Source of the DNA: Dehalococcoidia bacterium
GTDB lineage: Bacteria; Chloroflexota; Dehalococcoidia; UBA2979
DNA length: 39,864 nt
Reading direction: 5' to 3'
NCBI GenBank assembly: GCA_004296805.1
Contig: SCVR01000027.1
Location: 1 to 39,864, forward strand
Both the position numbers and the translations under genes were made by a program. Shown here piece after piece: positions 14,216-22,897 of this stretch; position 1 is the first letter of the stretch, and every line of letters begins with the position of its first letter. A model generated the notes under the pieces. The model saw only the letters and a list, made by a program, of their open reading frames with translations, made no database searches and was not told where the DNA came from.

Positions 14216-15235
14216 CTACGCCGGAAGCAGCACTGAGTTGGGGTCGAGTCCCACTTCTCGACAGTCGGCCTCAAGCATGAGTCTGACCAGTTGCTTGAAA
14301 CGAGTCTGTGGTTCCCAACCCAAACGAGCCTTCGCTCGGGACGCGTCACCGCGGAGGAGGTTGACCTCGGCGGGGCGAAGGTAGACGGAGTCGAAACGGA
14401 CGTGGCTCGCCACGTCCAGGCGTGCCAATCGGAACGTCTCCTCAAGGAACTCACGCACCGAATGCGTCTCACCGGTCGCGATCACGAAGTCTTCCGGCGT
14501 GTCCTGCTGCAGCATGGCCCAGATCGCACCCATGTACTCGGGGGCGTAGCCCCAGTCGCGTTGAGCATTCAGGTTTCCGAGGTAGATAGAGTCGTCCAAC
14601 TCGGCCAGGATCCGCGCCGCCCCGCGGGTGATCTTCCTGGTTACGAACGACGGACTGCGGCGAGGCGACTCGTGGTTAAACAGTGTGCCGTTCACTGCGA
14701 ACAGGTCGTACGCCTCGCGATAGACGCGCACCATCATGTGCGCCCCGACCTTGGCCGCTGCATAGGGGCTCTGAGGTCGGAAGGGCGTGTCCTCGTTCTG
14801 CGTTGACTCGAGGACATCGCCGTACATCTCGCTGCTGCCCGCCTGGTAGAAGCGGGGGCGAACGCCAGACTGGTGGATGGCTTCAAGCAGACTCGTCGTC
14901 CCGACGGTAATCGTGTGCGCGGTGTACTCGGGCATATCGAACGAGACCCGCACGTGCGTCTGCGCGGCGAGGTTGTAGACCTCCGTAGGCCGGATGTCTT
15001 CCATCAACCGTCGAAGGGAGGAAGAGTCGAGCAGGTCCCCATAGTGGAGGTGCAGTCGCGACTCCGGGTCGTGCGAATCCTTGAGCAGATGTTCGATCCG
15101 TTCGGTGTTGAACACCGACGACCGTCTGATCAGTCCGTGGACGTCGTATCCCTTGGCGAGGAGGAGCTCCGCCAGATAGGAGCCATCCTGGCCGGTGATC
15201 CCAGTGATCAGGGCAACTCGCTGTGCTTCGCGCAC
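14216..15235 (-). CDS. gmd: GDP-mannose 4,6-dehydratase
   Basis: ALITGITGQDGSYLAELLL, YQAGSSEMYG, SPYAAAK (YxxxK), LFNHESPRR, GNLNAQRDWGYAPEY, DFVIATGETHSVREF. GTG start with GGGAG SD. Confidence 0.92.
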   Translation of the reverse strand: MREAQRVALITGITGQDGSYLAELLLAKGYDVHGLIRRSSVFNTERIEHLLKDSHDPESRLHLHYGDLLDSSSLRRLMEDIRPTEVYNLAAQTHVRVSFDMPEYTAHTITVGTTSLLEAIHQSGVRPRFYQAGSSEMYGDVLESTQNEDTPFRPQSPYAAAKVGAHMMVRVYREAYDLFAVNGTLFNHESPRRSPSFVTRKITRGAARILAELDDSIYLGNLNAQRDWGYAPEYMGAIWAMLQQDTPEDFVIATGETHSVREFLEETFRLARLDVASHVRFDSVYLRPAEVNLLRGDASRAKARLGWEPQTRFKQLVRLMLEADCREVGLDPNSVLLPA

Positions 15236-15414
15236 CCCGAACTCCCGTCTCAGCCCTTGTGGGCGGGCTGTGGCGTCCCCATTAGAACCGGATGCGCGGG
15301 CGGACGCCAGCCTGTCTTCAGCTGCGCTGTTTGCGCTTACGCGCTATCCGCCGCTCAGACAGGATCGCCTCGATCGGAGGCCATCGGTGGTCAGCCAGCG
15401 CGGGCCCGCGTCCA

Positions 15415-16578
15415 CTATCCATGCCCGGCTGCACCCGCAACGGCGCGCTTAGCGGTGGTGTCGATGGCGGTGATGGCGTCATCCAGGGTGTAGCCCTCGG
15501 CGACCTCTCGGAGGCAGGCGGCTTCCATGGCGGCGCGGGCCTCGGGCGGCATGGCGAGGAGACGGCGGAGCGCGCGCTGCATCGAGTTGTCGTCGGCGTG
15601 GGGGAGGATGAAGCCAGTGACGCCTTCTTTGATGAGGCCTTCCTGGCTTTCGGCGTCGGCGCAGAGGACGGGGACGCCGAGCGAGAGCGCCTCGATGACC
15701 GTGAACAGTTGGTACTGCGTGCGGGCGACGCTGACGGTGGCGTCTGAGGCGCGCATGACGTTGCGCGCAGTGGCGTCGTCGACGCGGCCGAGAAAGCGGA
15801 TGGCGGGGTTGCCCTGGGCGATGGCTTGAAGCGCGGCGCGCTCGGGGCCGTCGCCGCCGATGAGGAAATGGAGGTTGGGCTGTTCGGCGCGGAGGGCGTG
15901 GACGGCACGCACGGCGACATCCAGCCGCTTGTCGGCGGCGAGCCTGGATACAACACCGAGCACGACGGCGTCTTCCGGGAGTCCGAGCGCGGCGCGGGCT
16001 TCGGCACGTGCGGTGGTGGGGCCGGCGTCGGCGTCTGGCTGCTTCCAATTGTGGAGGTGGACCGCCTCGGCGTCCGGGCGGAGGTGTTTGCGGGCGACTC
16101 GGTGCAGTCGGGAGAGGTGGACGGCGCCGCAGGTGGGGAGGAAGGCGGCGTGGCGGACGGCGGCGAGGCCGAGGGGGCCGTAGGTGCGCTTCAGGCCGAG
16201 GCCGTGGATGCCCGGCGTGACGTACCACTCGAGGCCATAGGTGAAGAGGAAGACGGGTGGGGAGCCGGGCGAGAGCGCGGCGACGTCTCCGTAGAAGGAG
16301 ACGATGAAGTCGGGTGGGTTGGCGCGGACGTGGTCGGCGACGGCCTGTACCCAGGGCCGATAGTCCCACCAGCCACGGATGCCCATACGCTGGCGCGGCT
16401 GGAGCAGGGTGACGCGGAACGGGAGGTCGATACGGGCCTCGCCGGCGGGCGTCGAGGTCACAAGTTCGATGTCGTGGCCGCGTTGGTGGAGTCCGAGGGC
16501 GATCTCGGTGGCGGCACGTTCCATGCCGCCGGTGCCATTGATGCCCTGCGCCCGACGGGCGATGATCGCGATGCGCAT
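15415..16578 (-). CDS. Glycosyltransferase, GT4 (GT-B, Glycos_transf_1) family
   Basis: N-terminus MRIAIIARRAQGINGTGGMERAATEIALGLHQRGHDIELVT. C-terminal region FLIGGDGPERAAL...EALSLGVPVLCAD...EGLIKEGVTGF. Confidence 0.85.
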   Translation of the reverse strand: MRIAIIARRAQGINGTGGMERAATEIALGLHQRGHDIELVTSTPAGEARIDLPFRVTLLQPRQRMGIRGWWDYRPWVQAVADHVRANPPDFIVSFYGDVAALSPGSPPVFLFTYGLEWYVTPGIHGLGLKRTYGPLGLAAVRHAAFLPTCGAVHLSRLHRVARKHLRPDAEAVHLHNWKQPDADAGPTTARAEARAALGLPEDAVVLGVVSRLAADKRLDVAVRAVHALRAEQPNLHFLIGGDGPERAALQAIAQGNPAIRFLGRVDDATARNVMRASDATVSVARTQYQLFTVIEALSLGVPVLCADAESQEGLIKEGVTGFILPHADDNSMQRALRRLLAMPPEARAAMEAACLREVAEGYTLDDAITAIDTTAKRAVAGAAGHG

Positions 16579-16616
16579 GGTGCGGGCGGCCTGCCTGTAC
16601 CTCGAAGGGACGCTGC

Positions 16617-17813
16617 GTGACTGCTCAGCCGATCCGAACAGTAGGGGTGGGCGGCTTCGAGGTCACGCCGGAGGCTCGGGCCGCGGTGATGGCGGTGCTG
16701 GACTCCGGCCGGCTGTCGTACGGGCCGGTGACGAAGGAGTTCGAGGGTACGTTCGCGCGCGACCACAACCTGAGGTTCGCCGCGTTCTGCAACAGCGGCA
16801 CGAGCGCGCTGCATGTGGCGATGCAGGCGCTGAAGATCCTCGGTGAGTGGCAGGACGGCGACCAGGTGATCGTGCCGGCCGTGACGTTTGTGGCGACCTC
16901 GAACATCGTGCTGCACAACAACCTGACCCCGGTCTTCGTGGACATCGAGTGGGGGCGGTACGGTCTGAACCCCGCGCTCCTCGAGGCGGCGATCACGCCT
17001 CGGACGCGGGCGATCATCCCGGTGCACCTGTTCGGGCAGGCGTGCGACATGGGGCCGATCATGGAGATCGCGCGGCGCCATGACCTGCGCGTCCTGGAAG
17101 ATTCGTGCGAGGCGATGTACGCGAAGTACGAAGGGAAGTCGGTCGGGTCGTTCGGTGACGCCTCGGCGTTCTCGACGTACGCGGCACACGTGCTGGTGAC
17201 GGGCGTGGGCGGCCTCGCGTGCTCGAACCGACCCGAGGTGGCGCAGTTGATGCGCAGCCTGTTGAACCACGGACGGGACGGCATCTACATCGCGATCGAC
17301 GACGACGAGGTGGAGGGCGAGGCGCTGAAGGAAGTGATGTCGCGCCGCTTCGTCTTCGAGCACGTAGGCCACAGTTTCCGGGCGACGGAGATGGAGGCAG
17401 CCCTGGGCGTGGTGCAGTTGAAGGACGCAGCCTCGCTGGTGGCGAAGCGCCGGGCGATCGCGGCTCGGCTGACGGCAGGCCTCGCGCCGTACGGGGAGCG
17501 GCTGATCCTGCCGAAGATGCACGCGGGCTCGGACCACTCGTTCATGATGTACCCGATCGTGACGGGGCCGGGCGTCGACCGCGACGACCTGACGTTCTAC
17601 CTGGAAGAGCACGGGGTGGAGACGCGGCACATGATGCCGCTGACGAACCAGCCGATCTATGAGCGGATGTGGCCGGGGTTGGAGGCGCGGTTCCCGGTGG
17701 CGCGCGAGATCAACCGGCGCGGGTTCTACATCGGTTCGCACCCGGCGATGTCGCTGGATGACGCGGACTACGTTGCCGAGGTGTTCGGCGACTACTTCTC
17801 GCAGCAGAAATAG
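16617..17813 (+). CDS. DegT/DnrJ/EryC1/StrS-family PLP/PMP enzyme with His in place of the Schiff-base Lys. ColD-like sugar 3-dehydratase candidate.
   Basis: CNSGTSALHVAMQAL, GDQVIVPAVTFVATSN, IIPVHLFGQACDM, LEDSCEAM. Segment FSTYAAHVLVTGVGG aligns with FSFHAIKNITxxEGG of aminotransferases, with His (codon 17187-17189) at the Lys position. The C-terminus RGFYIGSHP...DADYVAEVF resembles the ColD tail. Confidence 0.75.
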   Translation: MTAQPIRTVGVGGFEVTPEARAAVMAVLDSGRLSYGPVTKEFEGTFARDHNLRFAAFCNSGTSALHVAMQALKILGEWQDGDQVIVPAVTFVATSNIVLHNNLTPVFVDIEWGRYGLNPALLEAAITPRTRAIIPVHLFGQACDMGPIMEIARRHDLRVLEDSCEAMYAKYEGKSVGSFGDASAFSTYAAHVLVTGVGGLACSNRPEVAQLMRSLLNHGRDGIYIAIDDDEVEGEALKEVMSRRFVFEHVGHSFRATEMEAALGVVQLKDAASLVAKRRAIAARLTAGLAPYGERLILPKMHAGSDHSFMMYPIVTGPGVDRDDLTFYLEEHGVETRHMMPLTNQPIYERMWPGLEARFPVAREINRRGFYIGSHPAMSLDDADYVAEVFGDYFSQQK

Positions 17814-17817
17814 CGAC

Positions 17818-18804
17818 ATGCGGATCCTCGCGACCGGAGTGACGGGGCAGGCGGGGTACTACCTCGCGCGCCACGCCGCGTCGCAGGGGCACGAGGTGCA
17901 CGGTCTGGCGCGGCCCGGGTCGGTCGCGACGGCGGAGGCGATGCTGGGCACGTCGACGCTGGGGGCTTCCGGTGTGCGCATCCACGCGGGCGACGTGCGA
18001 GACCAAGGCGTCCTGGATGCGGTCGTGGCGGCGGTGCGGCCGGAGCGGGTGTTCCACTTCGCGGCCGGCGTATCGGTGGCGGCGTCGTGGGAGGACCCGG
18101 TAGGGCACGCCGACGTGAACGCGCTCGGCACGGCGCGGCTGCTTGAGGCGGTGCGGGCGCACGCGCCACAGGCGCGGTTCTTCTACGCATCGTCGTCGGA
18201 GGCGCTGGGGCGTGCGGCCTCGATGACCGAGGTGTTCGACGAGCGATCGCCGCTGCGCCCGGCGACGCCATACGGGGTGTCGAAAGCATTCGGGCACCAC
18301 CTTGTGCGTGCCTACCGGGACCGGTACGGGATGTTTGCGGTGTGCGGCGTGATGTTCAACATCGAGTCCCCGGTGGGAGTGCGTGCGTCCGTGGTGCAGC
18401 ATGTGGCGGCGTCGATGGTGCGGATCGCTGAGGGGCGACAGGCGGTGTCGATAGAGATCGGCAACCTGGACGCGCAGAGGGACTGGGGCTTCGCGGGGGA
18501 TTACGTGGAAGCGGCGGCGCTGATGCTGGAGCAGCCGGAGCCGGATGATCTGGTAATCGCGACGGGGGTTGTGCACACGGTGCGAGACCTCGTCGCGTCG
18601 GCGGCCTCGGCGGCGGGAATCGCCGTGCCGGCGCTACAGGTGTCGGAGGACCGGTTGCGGCCGGGCGAGGTGAACCGGATCGCGGCCGACCCGTCGCTGA
18701 TCCGGGCACGGCTCGGGTGGTCGGCGCGGACAGACCTGGACGGGCTGCTGCGGATCATCGTCAGCGATCCGGCGTTCCGGGCGCGCGCGTTGGCGGGCGG
18801 ATGA
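17818..18804 (+). CDS. Gmd/Rmd-family NAD(P)-dependent SDR (GDP-4-keto-6-deoxyhexose reductase-like)
   Basis: An internal ATG at 17818 gives MRILATGVTGQAGYYLARH (GxxGxxG). Also YASSSEALG, TPYGVSK (YxxxK), MFNIESPVG, GNLDAQRDWGFAGDYVEA, DLVIATGVVHTVRDL. It is a paralog of the gmd gene but diverged. It starts 5 nt after the previous stop. Confidence 0.75.
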   Translation: MRILATGVTGQAGYYLARHAASQGHEVHGLARPGSVATAEAMLGTSTLGASGVRIHAGDVRDQGVLDAVVAAVRPERVFHFAAGVSVAASWEDPVGHADVNALGTARLLEAVRAHAPQARFFYASSSEALGRAASMTEVFDERSPLRPATPYGVSKAFGHHLVRAYRDRYGMFAVCGVMFNIESPVGVRASVVQHVAASMVRIAEGRQAVSIEIGNLDAQRDWGFAGDYVEAAALMLEQPEPDDLVIATGVVHTVRDLVASAASAAGIAVPALQVSEDRLRPGEVNRIAADPSLIRARLGWSARTDLDGLLRIIVSDPAFRARALAGG

Positions 18805-18805
18805 A

Positions 18806-20002
18806 GTGTCGCTGACACTGGACCGGCCGTGGGCATTGGCGGTCGCCGTCGGGTTCGGCCTGGTCGCGATCTATCCGTGGTTGATCTACCCCGCTGTGCT
18901 CCGGGCGGTCACGTGGCGAGTGCGCGGCGTCCAGCATCGCGACCCCGAGGAGTGGCCCTCGATCACGGTGCTGGTGGCTGCACGGAACGAGGAAGCGCAC
19001 ATCGTGGCGCGGGTGGAGAACATTCTCGCGAGGGACTATCCGCGAGATCGTCTCTCGATCGTGTGCGTGTCAGACGGCTCAGATGATGGTACGGACCAGT
19101 TGTTCCGCGAGGCCGCCCGGCCGTTGGGCGATCGGGCGACGCTGGTCCGGCAGCCGGTGCAGTTGGGGAAGTCCGCTGCGTTGCAGGTCGGGTGGCGCGA
19201 GGTGCAGAGCGACGTGGTGGTGCTTACGGACGCCAACGCGCACTTCGAGCCAGGCACCCTGCGGGCGCTCGCGCGGCCGTTCTCCGATCCGCGTGTGGGG
19301 GCGGTGGCCGGTGTGAAGCGGATCCGGGTGCCGGAGGATGCGTCCACTCACGAGGCCGGGGAGGGCGCGTACTGGCACTTCGAGTCTCGGCTACGTGCCG
19401 ACGAGAGCCGGCTGGGTCTGTGCCAGAGCGCGGACGGCGCCTGCTGGGCGGTGAGGCGGACGTTGTGGGACGGCAGCGGGCCTCGCGGCCGGTTTGCCGA
19501 TGATCTGTGGGGTGCGCTGGAGGTGCAGCGACAGGGATACCGGGTGGAGGCCACGCTGGATGCGGTAGCGAGTGAGGACGCCGCGGCCTCGCTGAGCGCG
19601 GAGGTGCAGCGGAAGCGGCGGACGCAGTACGGGCTACTGCTGCTGTTGCCGCACCTTGGCTGGATGCTGATGCCATCTCGATGGCGTTCGCTGTGGTGCT
19701 TCGTGTCGCACAAGGTGCTGCGCCTGGCGACGCCGTGGGCGCTAGTGGGCCACGTCGTGGCGCTGGCAGTGGCTGATGGGGTGTGGAGTGTCATCGCAGT
19801 TGCCGAGGCGCTGGTGGCTGCCGGTCTGATGGCTATCGCAGCGGGTGGTACTGCGACCTCGCGACGGATGCGTGTCCTTACGGATGGTGGGTACTTCTTG
19901 ATCGCGTTGATCGGGCCTGCGATCGCATGTCTGGATGCGGCGTGGGCGCTGGTCAGGCGAGACCCTGGCGAGTCCGCCTGGCAGCCGGGGGCGCATCGCT
20001 AG
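18806..20002 (+). CDS. GT2-family glycosyltransferase with flanking TM helices (synthase-like topology)
   Basis: PSITVLVAARNEE, VSDGSDDGT, VVLTDANAHFEPG (DxD-like), QRKRRTQYG (QxxRW-like). There are N-terminal and several C-terminal hydrophobic segments. It starts 2 nt after the previous stop. Confidence 0.85.
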   Translation: MSLTLDRPWALAVAVGFGLVAIYPWLIYPAVLRAVTWRVRGVQHRDPEEWPSITVLVAARNEEAHIVARVENILARDYPRDRLSIVCVSDGSDDGTDQLFREAARPLGDRATLVRQPVQLGKSAALQVGWREVQSDVVVLTDANAHFEPGTLRALARPFSDPRVGAVAGVKRIRVPEDASTHEAGEGAYWHFESRLRADESRLGLCQSADGACWAVRRTLWDGSGPRGRFADDLWGALEVQRQGYRVEATLDAVASEDAAASLSAEVQRKRRTQYGLLLLLPHLGWMLMPSRWRSLWCFVSHKVLRLATPWALVGHVVALAVADGVWSVIAVAEALVAAGLMAIAAGGTATSRRMRVLTDGGYFLIALIGPAIACLDAAWALVRRDPGESAWQPGAHR

Positions 20003-20013
20003 CGCGGCGTGCC

Positions 20014-22005
20014 TCAGTTGCCCGGGGTGAGGCGCCAGACGCCGCTGCCGAGGCCGACGAGGAGCGGTTCGCCCTTGGTGTCCGGGACCAAGTCGACGAC
20101 GGCGCCCCAATCCGGGGCGCTTGGTGCCCGGCCCATCAGGATGGGTTCGTGCACCTTGTCCTTCGGGTTGATCGCGAAGATGTCCCCTGTGCACTGGTCG
20201 CTGTAGATGTACCAGCCCGCGAGGTTCGGGATCGCGGTCCCGCGGTAGACAAACCCGCCGATGACACCGGCGCCGCACGGGTATCCATCCTTGGGGTACG
20301 GGTACCAGGCGTGGATCGGCGGGAGGCCGGGGGCGTCGCAGTCGGTGCGAGTGCTGCGGCAGATCTCGCCCTCGCGCAGCGGCCAGCCGAAGTTCCCGTT
20401 ACGCGTGAGGACGTCGACCTCCTCGCGGATGATGCCGCCGACGTCGCCGATCCAGACCTGGTTGGTGATGGGGTCGACGGTGAAGCGGAACGGGTTGCGG
20501 AAGCCGTAGGCGAGCTTGGTGGCTTTCCAATCACCGGGCTGGTCGACATCGAACGAAAAGAAGGAGCCGCTGAGTGCGTTCGGGTCACCGGCGAGGTCGG
20601 CGTTCCCGAGGTCGCCGATGGCGAGGTACAGCTGTCCGTCCGGAGCGAAGGCGATGGTTGCGCCGTTGTGTGCCATCGGTGTCTGTTGAGGTGTGGCGAT
20701 CGAGTGCCGGACGCGGAGTGAGTTGGGGACGGCCGAGACGCCGTCCGCGGCGATCTCGAAGGAGGCGATGAGGTTTCGCCTGAGGCCAACATCGCCCTTG
20801 TCCGTGATCCCGCCGACGCCGTAGTAGATGTAGGCCGTGCGGTTCTGCGGGAACTTCGGGTGCAGAGCGATGTCGAGTAGCCCGGACTCGTCCCACGCGG
20901 TGACCTGGCTGCTGATGTCGAGCAAGGTGGTCTGTACACCTGCTGAGTCCGCGATGATGCGGCCCTTGATGTCCGCGATGTAGAGGATGCGCCCGTTCGG
21001 GTGTGGGGCGACCGCGACCGCGGAACCGCCGCTCTTGAGTGTCGTGACCTGTGCGAATGCCACCTTGCCCGGTTTGGCCGTGCTTGCGGACTTCGGCGCG
21101 GCGGGTTGGAGACTGGCGAACGTGGCGCCGCCGATCTCTCTCGTCTCGCGCGACCCGGGCTTCACGAGGCGGGTGGTGCCGTCGCGGACGATGGCGATCT
21201 GGTCACCGGCCCAGTCGGTGACGGCGCCCGCGACGCCGACCGTGGATGTCTTGAGGTCACCGATGTTCACGATGACGACGCCACTGGAGCCGGAGGCCTC
21301 GATGGCCACGCGCTGGCCGTTGGGCTCCCAGGCGGCGGTGCCGCTGGCGGCGACGTTTGGGATGGGGCGCGCACCGGTGAGGGGGTCCCATATGGTCCAG
21401 CCGTCGCTGCGCTGCACGAGCACGGCAGGACTGACCGGGCTGGGGATGACCGCGGGCGCGTCGAAGGTCCACAACGCCTCGTTGTTGTAGGTGCTCAGGA
21501 TGCGGCTGGTCTTGCCGTCCGTGACGGCGACGCCCGAGCCGACGAGCCCGGTGGCCGACCACCAGCCGAGGGGCTTCACGCCGTCCATCTTCCAGGTGGC
21601 CTGATCCGCCTTGTCGACGATGGCGACGCCGGTGGCGGTCTGCACCAGGACTTCTTTGCCGCTGGGCGACCAGAAGAAGCGCGAGCCGGGAGCGATCGTG
21701 CTGAGTTTGCGGCTGAACTGGAGGTTGGTGGGCGACCAGTAGAGCGTGTCCCCCCGGCCATAGCCGAGGCTCGCGGCGTCTGTGGACCAGGCGACGGTGC
21801 CCTCGACTGGCACGCTCTCGACGGCACCTGCGTTTTTCCCAGAACCATCAAGGACGCGCAGCTTGGATCCCTCGACCACGGCAATCAGGCCGGAGGTGGC
21901 GAGGGTGTCCGAATCGGGGGCGGAGGTGGAGAAGTAGTAGCCGAGGCCGACAGCGAGAAGGACGACAACACCGGCCATACCGGCCAGTAACCGAGGTCGA
22001 GGCAC
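20014..22005 (-). CDS. Membrane-anchored fusion of a TolB-like beta-propeller and a PQQ-dependent sugar (glucose/sorbosone) dehydrogenase-family propeller
   Basis: N-terminal TM LLAGMAGVVVLLAVGLGYYF. About 300 aa of WD/TolB-like repeats. The C-terminal half carries ESGLLDIALHPKF, HNGATIAFAPDGQLYLAIGD, AYGFRNPFRFTVDP, VWIGDVGG..EEVDVL..GNFGWP. Confidence 0.8.
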   Translation of the reverse strand: MPRPRLLAGMAGVVVLLAVGLGYYFSTSAPDSDTLATSGLIAVVEGSKLRVLDGSGKNAGAVESVPVEGTVAWSTDAASLGYGRGDTLYWSPTNLQFSRKLSTIAPGSRFFWSPSGKEVLVQTATGVAIVDKADQATWKMDGVKPLGWWSATGLVGSGVAVTDGKTSRILSTYNNEALWTFDAPAVIPSPVSPAVLVQRSDGWTIWDPLTGARPIPNVAASGTAAWEPNGQRVAIEASGSSGVVIVNIGDLKTSTVGVAGAVTDWAGDQIAIVRDGTTRLVKPGSRETREIGGATFASLQPAAPKSASTAKPGKVAFAQVTTLKSGGSAVAVAPHPNGRILYIADIKGRIIADSAGVQTTLLDISSQVTAWDESGLLDIALHPKFPQNRTAYIYYGVGGITDKGDVGLRRNLIASFEIAADGVSAVPNSLRVRHSIATPQQTPMAHNGATIAFAPDGQLYLAIGDLGNADLAGDPNALSGSFFSFDVDQPGDWKATKLAYGFRNPFRFTVDPITNQVWIGDVGGIIREEVDVLTRNGNFGWPLREGEICRSTRTDCDAPGLPPIHAWYPYPKDGYPCGAGVIGGFVYRGTAIPNLAGWYIYSDQCTGDIFAINPKDKVHEPILMGRAPSAPDWGAVVDLVPDTKGEPLLVGLGSGVWRLTPGN

Positions 22006-22095
22006 AGGACACGCCCTTCGAGGTGGTTTCGGTACTGTACCAACGGTTTACGGGTCAGGATCGAGTCGAGCATGACGAACGTCACTCTGTGAGAT

Positions 22096-22866
22096 ATGTC
22101 TCCAGGATGTCCGGAGACAGATTCTGTGAAGCCGCGATACCATGCCTCGCGGCGGCGAGGGCGGAACCGGGGTCAACCAGTGCGGGTGTCTCGGCCAATG
22201 TCAACGGCCTCGGGCGCAGGTACTGCGGATCATGATTCCGTGGTCACTCCGGCGACTGAGCCACACCTCCTCTACCACCTCACGAAGCGCATCCTCGACA
22301 TCGTCGTGGCGGTCACCGTGCTGACGGTGACGTCGCCGATCTGGATCGCGGCGGCGCTCGCCATCGTGATCGAATCCGGACGGCCGATCCTGTTCCGTCA
22401 GGAGCGACTGGGGCACCTGGGGCGGACGTTCCGCTGCGTGAAGTTCCGTTCGATGATCCCGGATGCCGAGTCGAGGCTGACCGAGGCGATGCGCGCGGCG
22501 GCCGTGGATGGCCCGGAGTTCAAGGGCAAGTCCGACCCGCGCATTACCCGCCTCGGCCGCTTGCTGCGCGCGTGGAGCATCGATGAGCTTCCGCAGTTCA
22601 TCAACGTCCTGAAGGGCGAGATGTCCGTCGTGGGGCCTCGCCCGATCGCGCAGTGGGAAGCGGAGTTCCAGGGGCACGGCTGGGCGTGGCTGTCGGTGAA
22701 GCCGGGGTTGACCGGTTCCTGGCAGATTTCAGGGCGCAGCCAGACTTCATGGGAACGGCGCATGGAGATCGATGTGGAATACGTGCGGAACCGATCGCTG
22801 TGGCGCGACGTTTGGATCATGATCCAGACGCCGTGGGCGATCATCAGCCGTCGCGGGGCCGTCTAG
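22096..22866 (+). CDS. Polyprenyl-phosphate sugar phosphotransferase (small bacterial sugar transferase, WbaP/PglC-like). Initiating enzyme.
   Basis: KRILDIVVAVTVLTVTSPIWIAAALAIVIESGRPILFRQERLG, KFRSM, DPRITRLGRLLRAWSIDELPQFINVLKGEMSVVGPRP, KPGLTGSWQISGRS. The start is uncertain: ATG 22096, ATG 22198 or a later GTG. Confidence 0.88.
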   Translation: MSPGCPETDSVKPRYHASRRRGRNRGQPVRVSRPMSTASGAGTADHDSVVTPATEPHLLYHLTKRILDIVVAVTVLTVTSPIWIAAALAIVIESGRPILFRQERLGHLGRTFRCVKFRSMIPDAESRLTEAMRAAAVDGPEFKGKSDPRITRLGRLLRAWSIDELPQFINVLKGEMSVVGPRPIAQWEAEFQGHGWAWLSVKPGLTGSWQISGRSQTSWERRMEIDVEYVRNRSLWRDVWIMIQTPWAIISRRGAV

Positions 22867-22883
22867 CCCTCGGCTGCCGAGGG
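22867..22883 (+). terminator. Short hairpin CCCTCGG-ctg-CCGAGGG after the transferase gene
   Basis: A 7-bp stem with a 3-nt loop. It overlaps the SD of the next gene, so it may be an attenuator or an incidental structure. Confidence 0.25.
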
Positions 22884-22897
22884 GGAGCGAGCCACCG

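Noticed and set aside
22096-22122. Hairpin GTCTCCAGGA-tg-TCCGGAGAC overlapping the first candidate start of the sugar transferase, as a translational regulator
   Set aside because: The loop would be only about 2-4 nt, and the true start codon of this gene is uncertain. It cannot be separated from chance self-complementarity.
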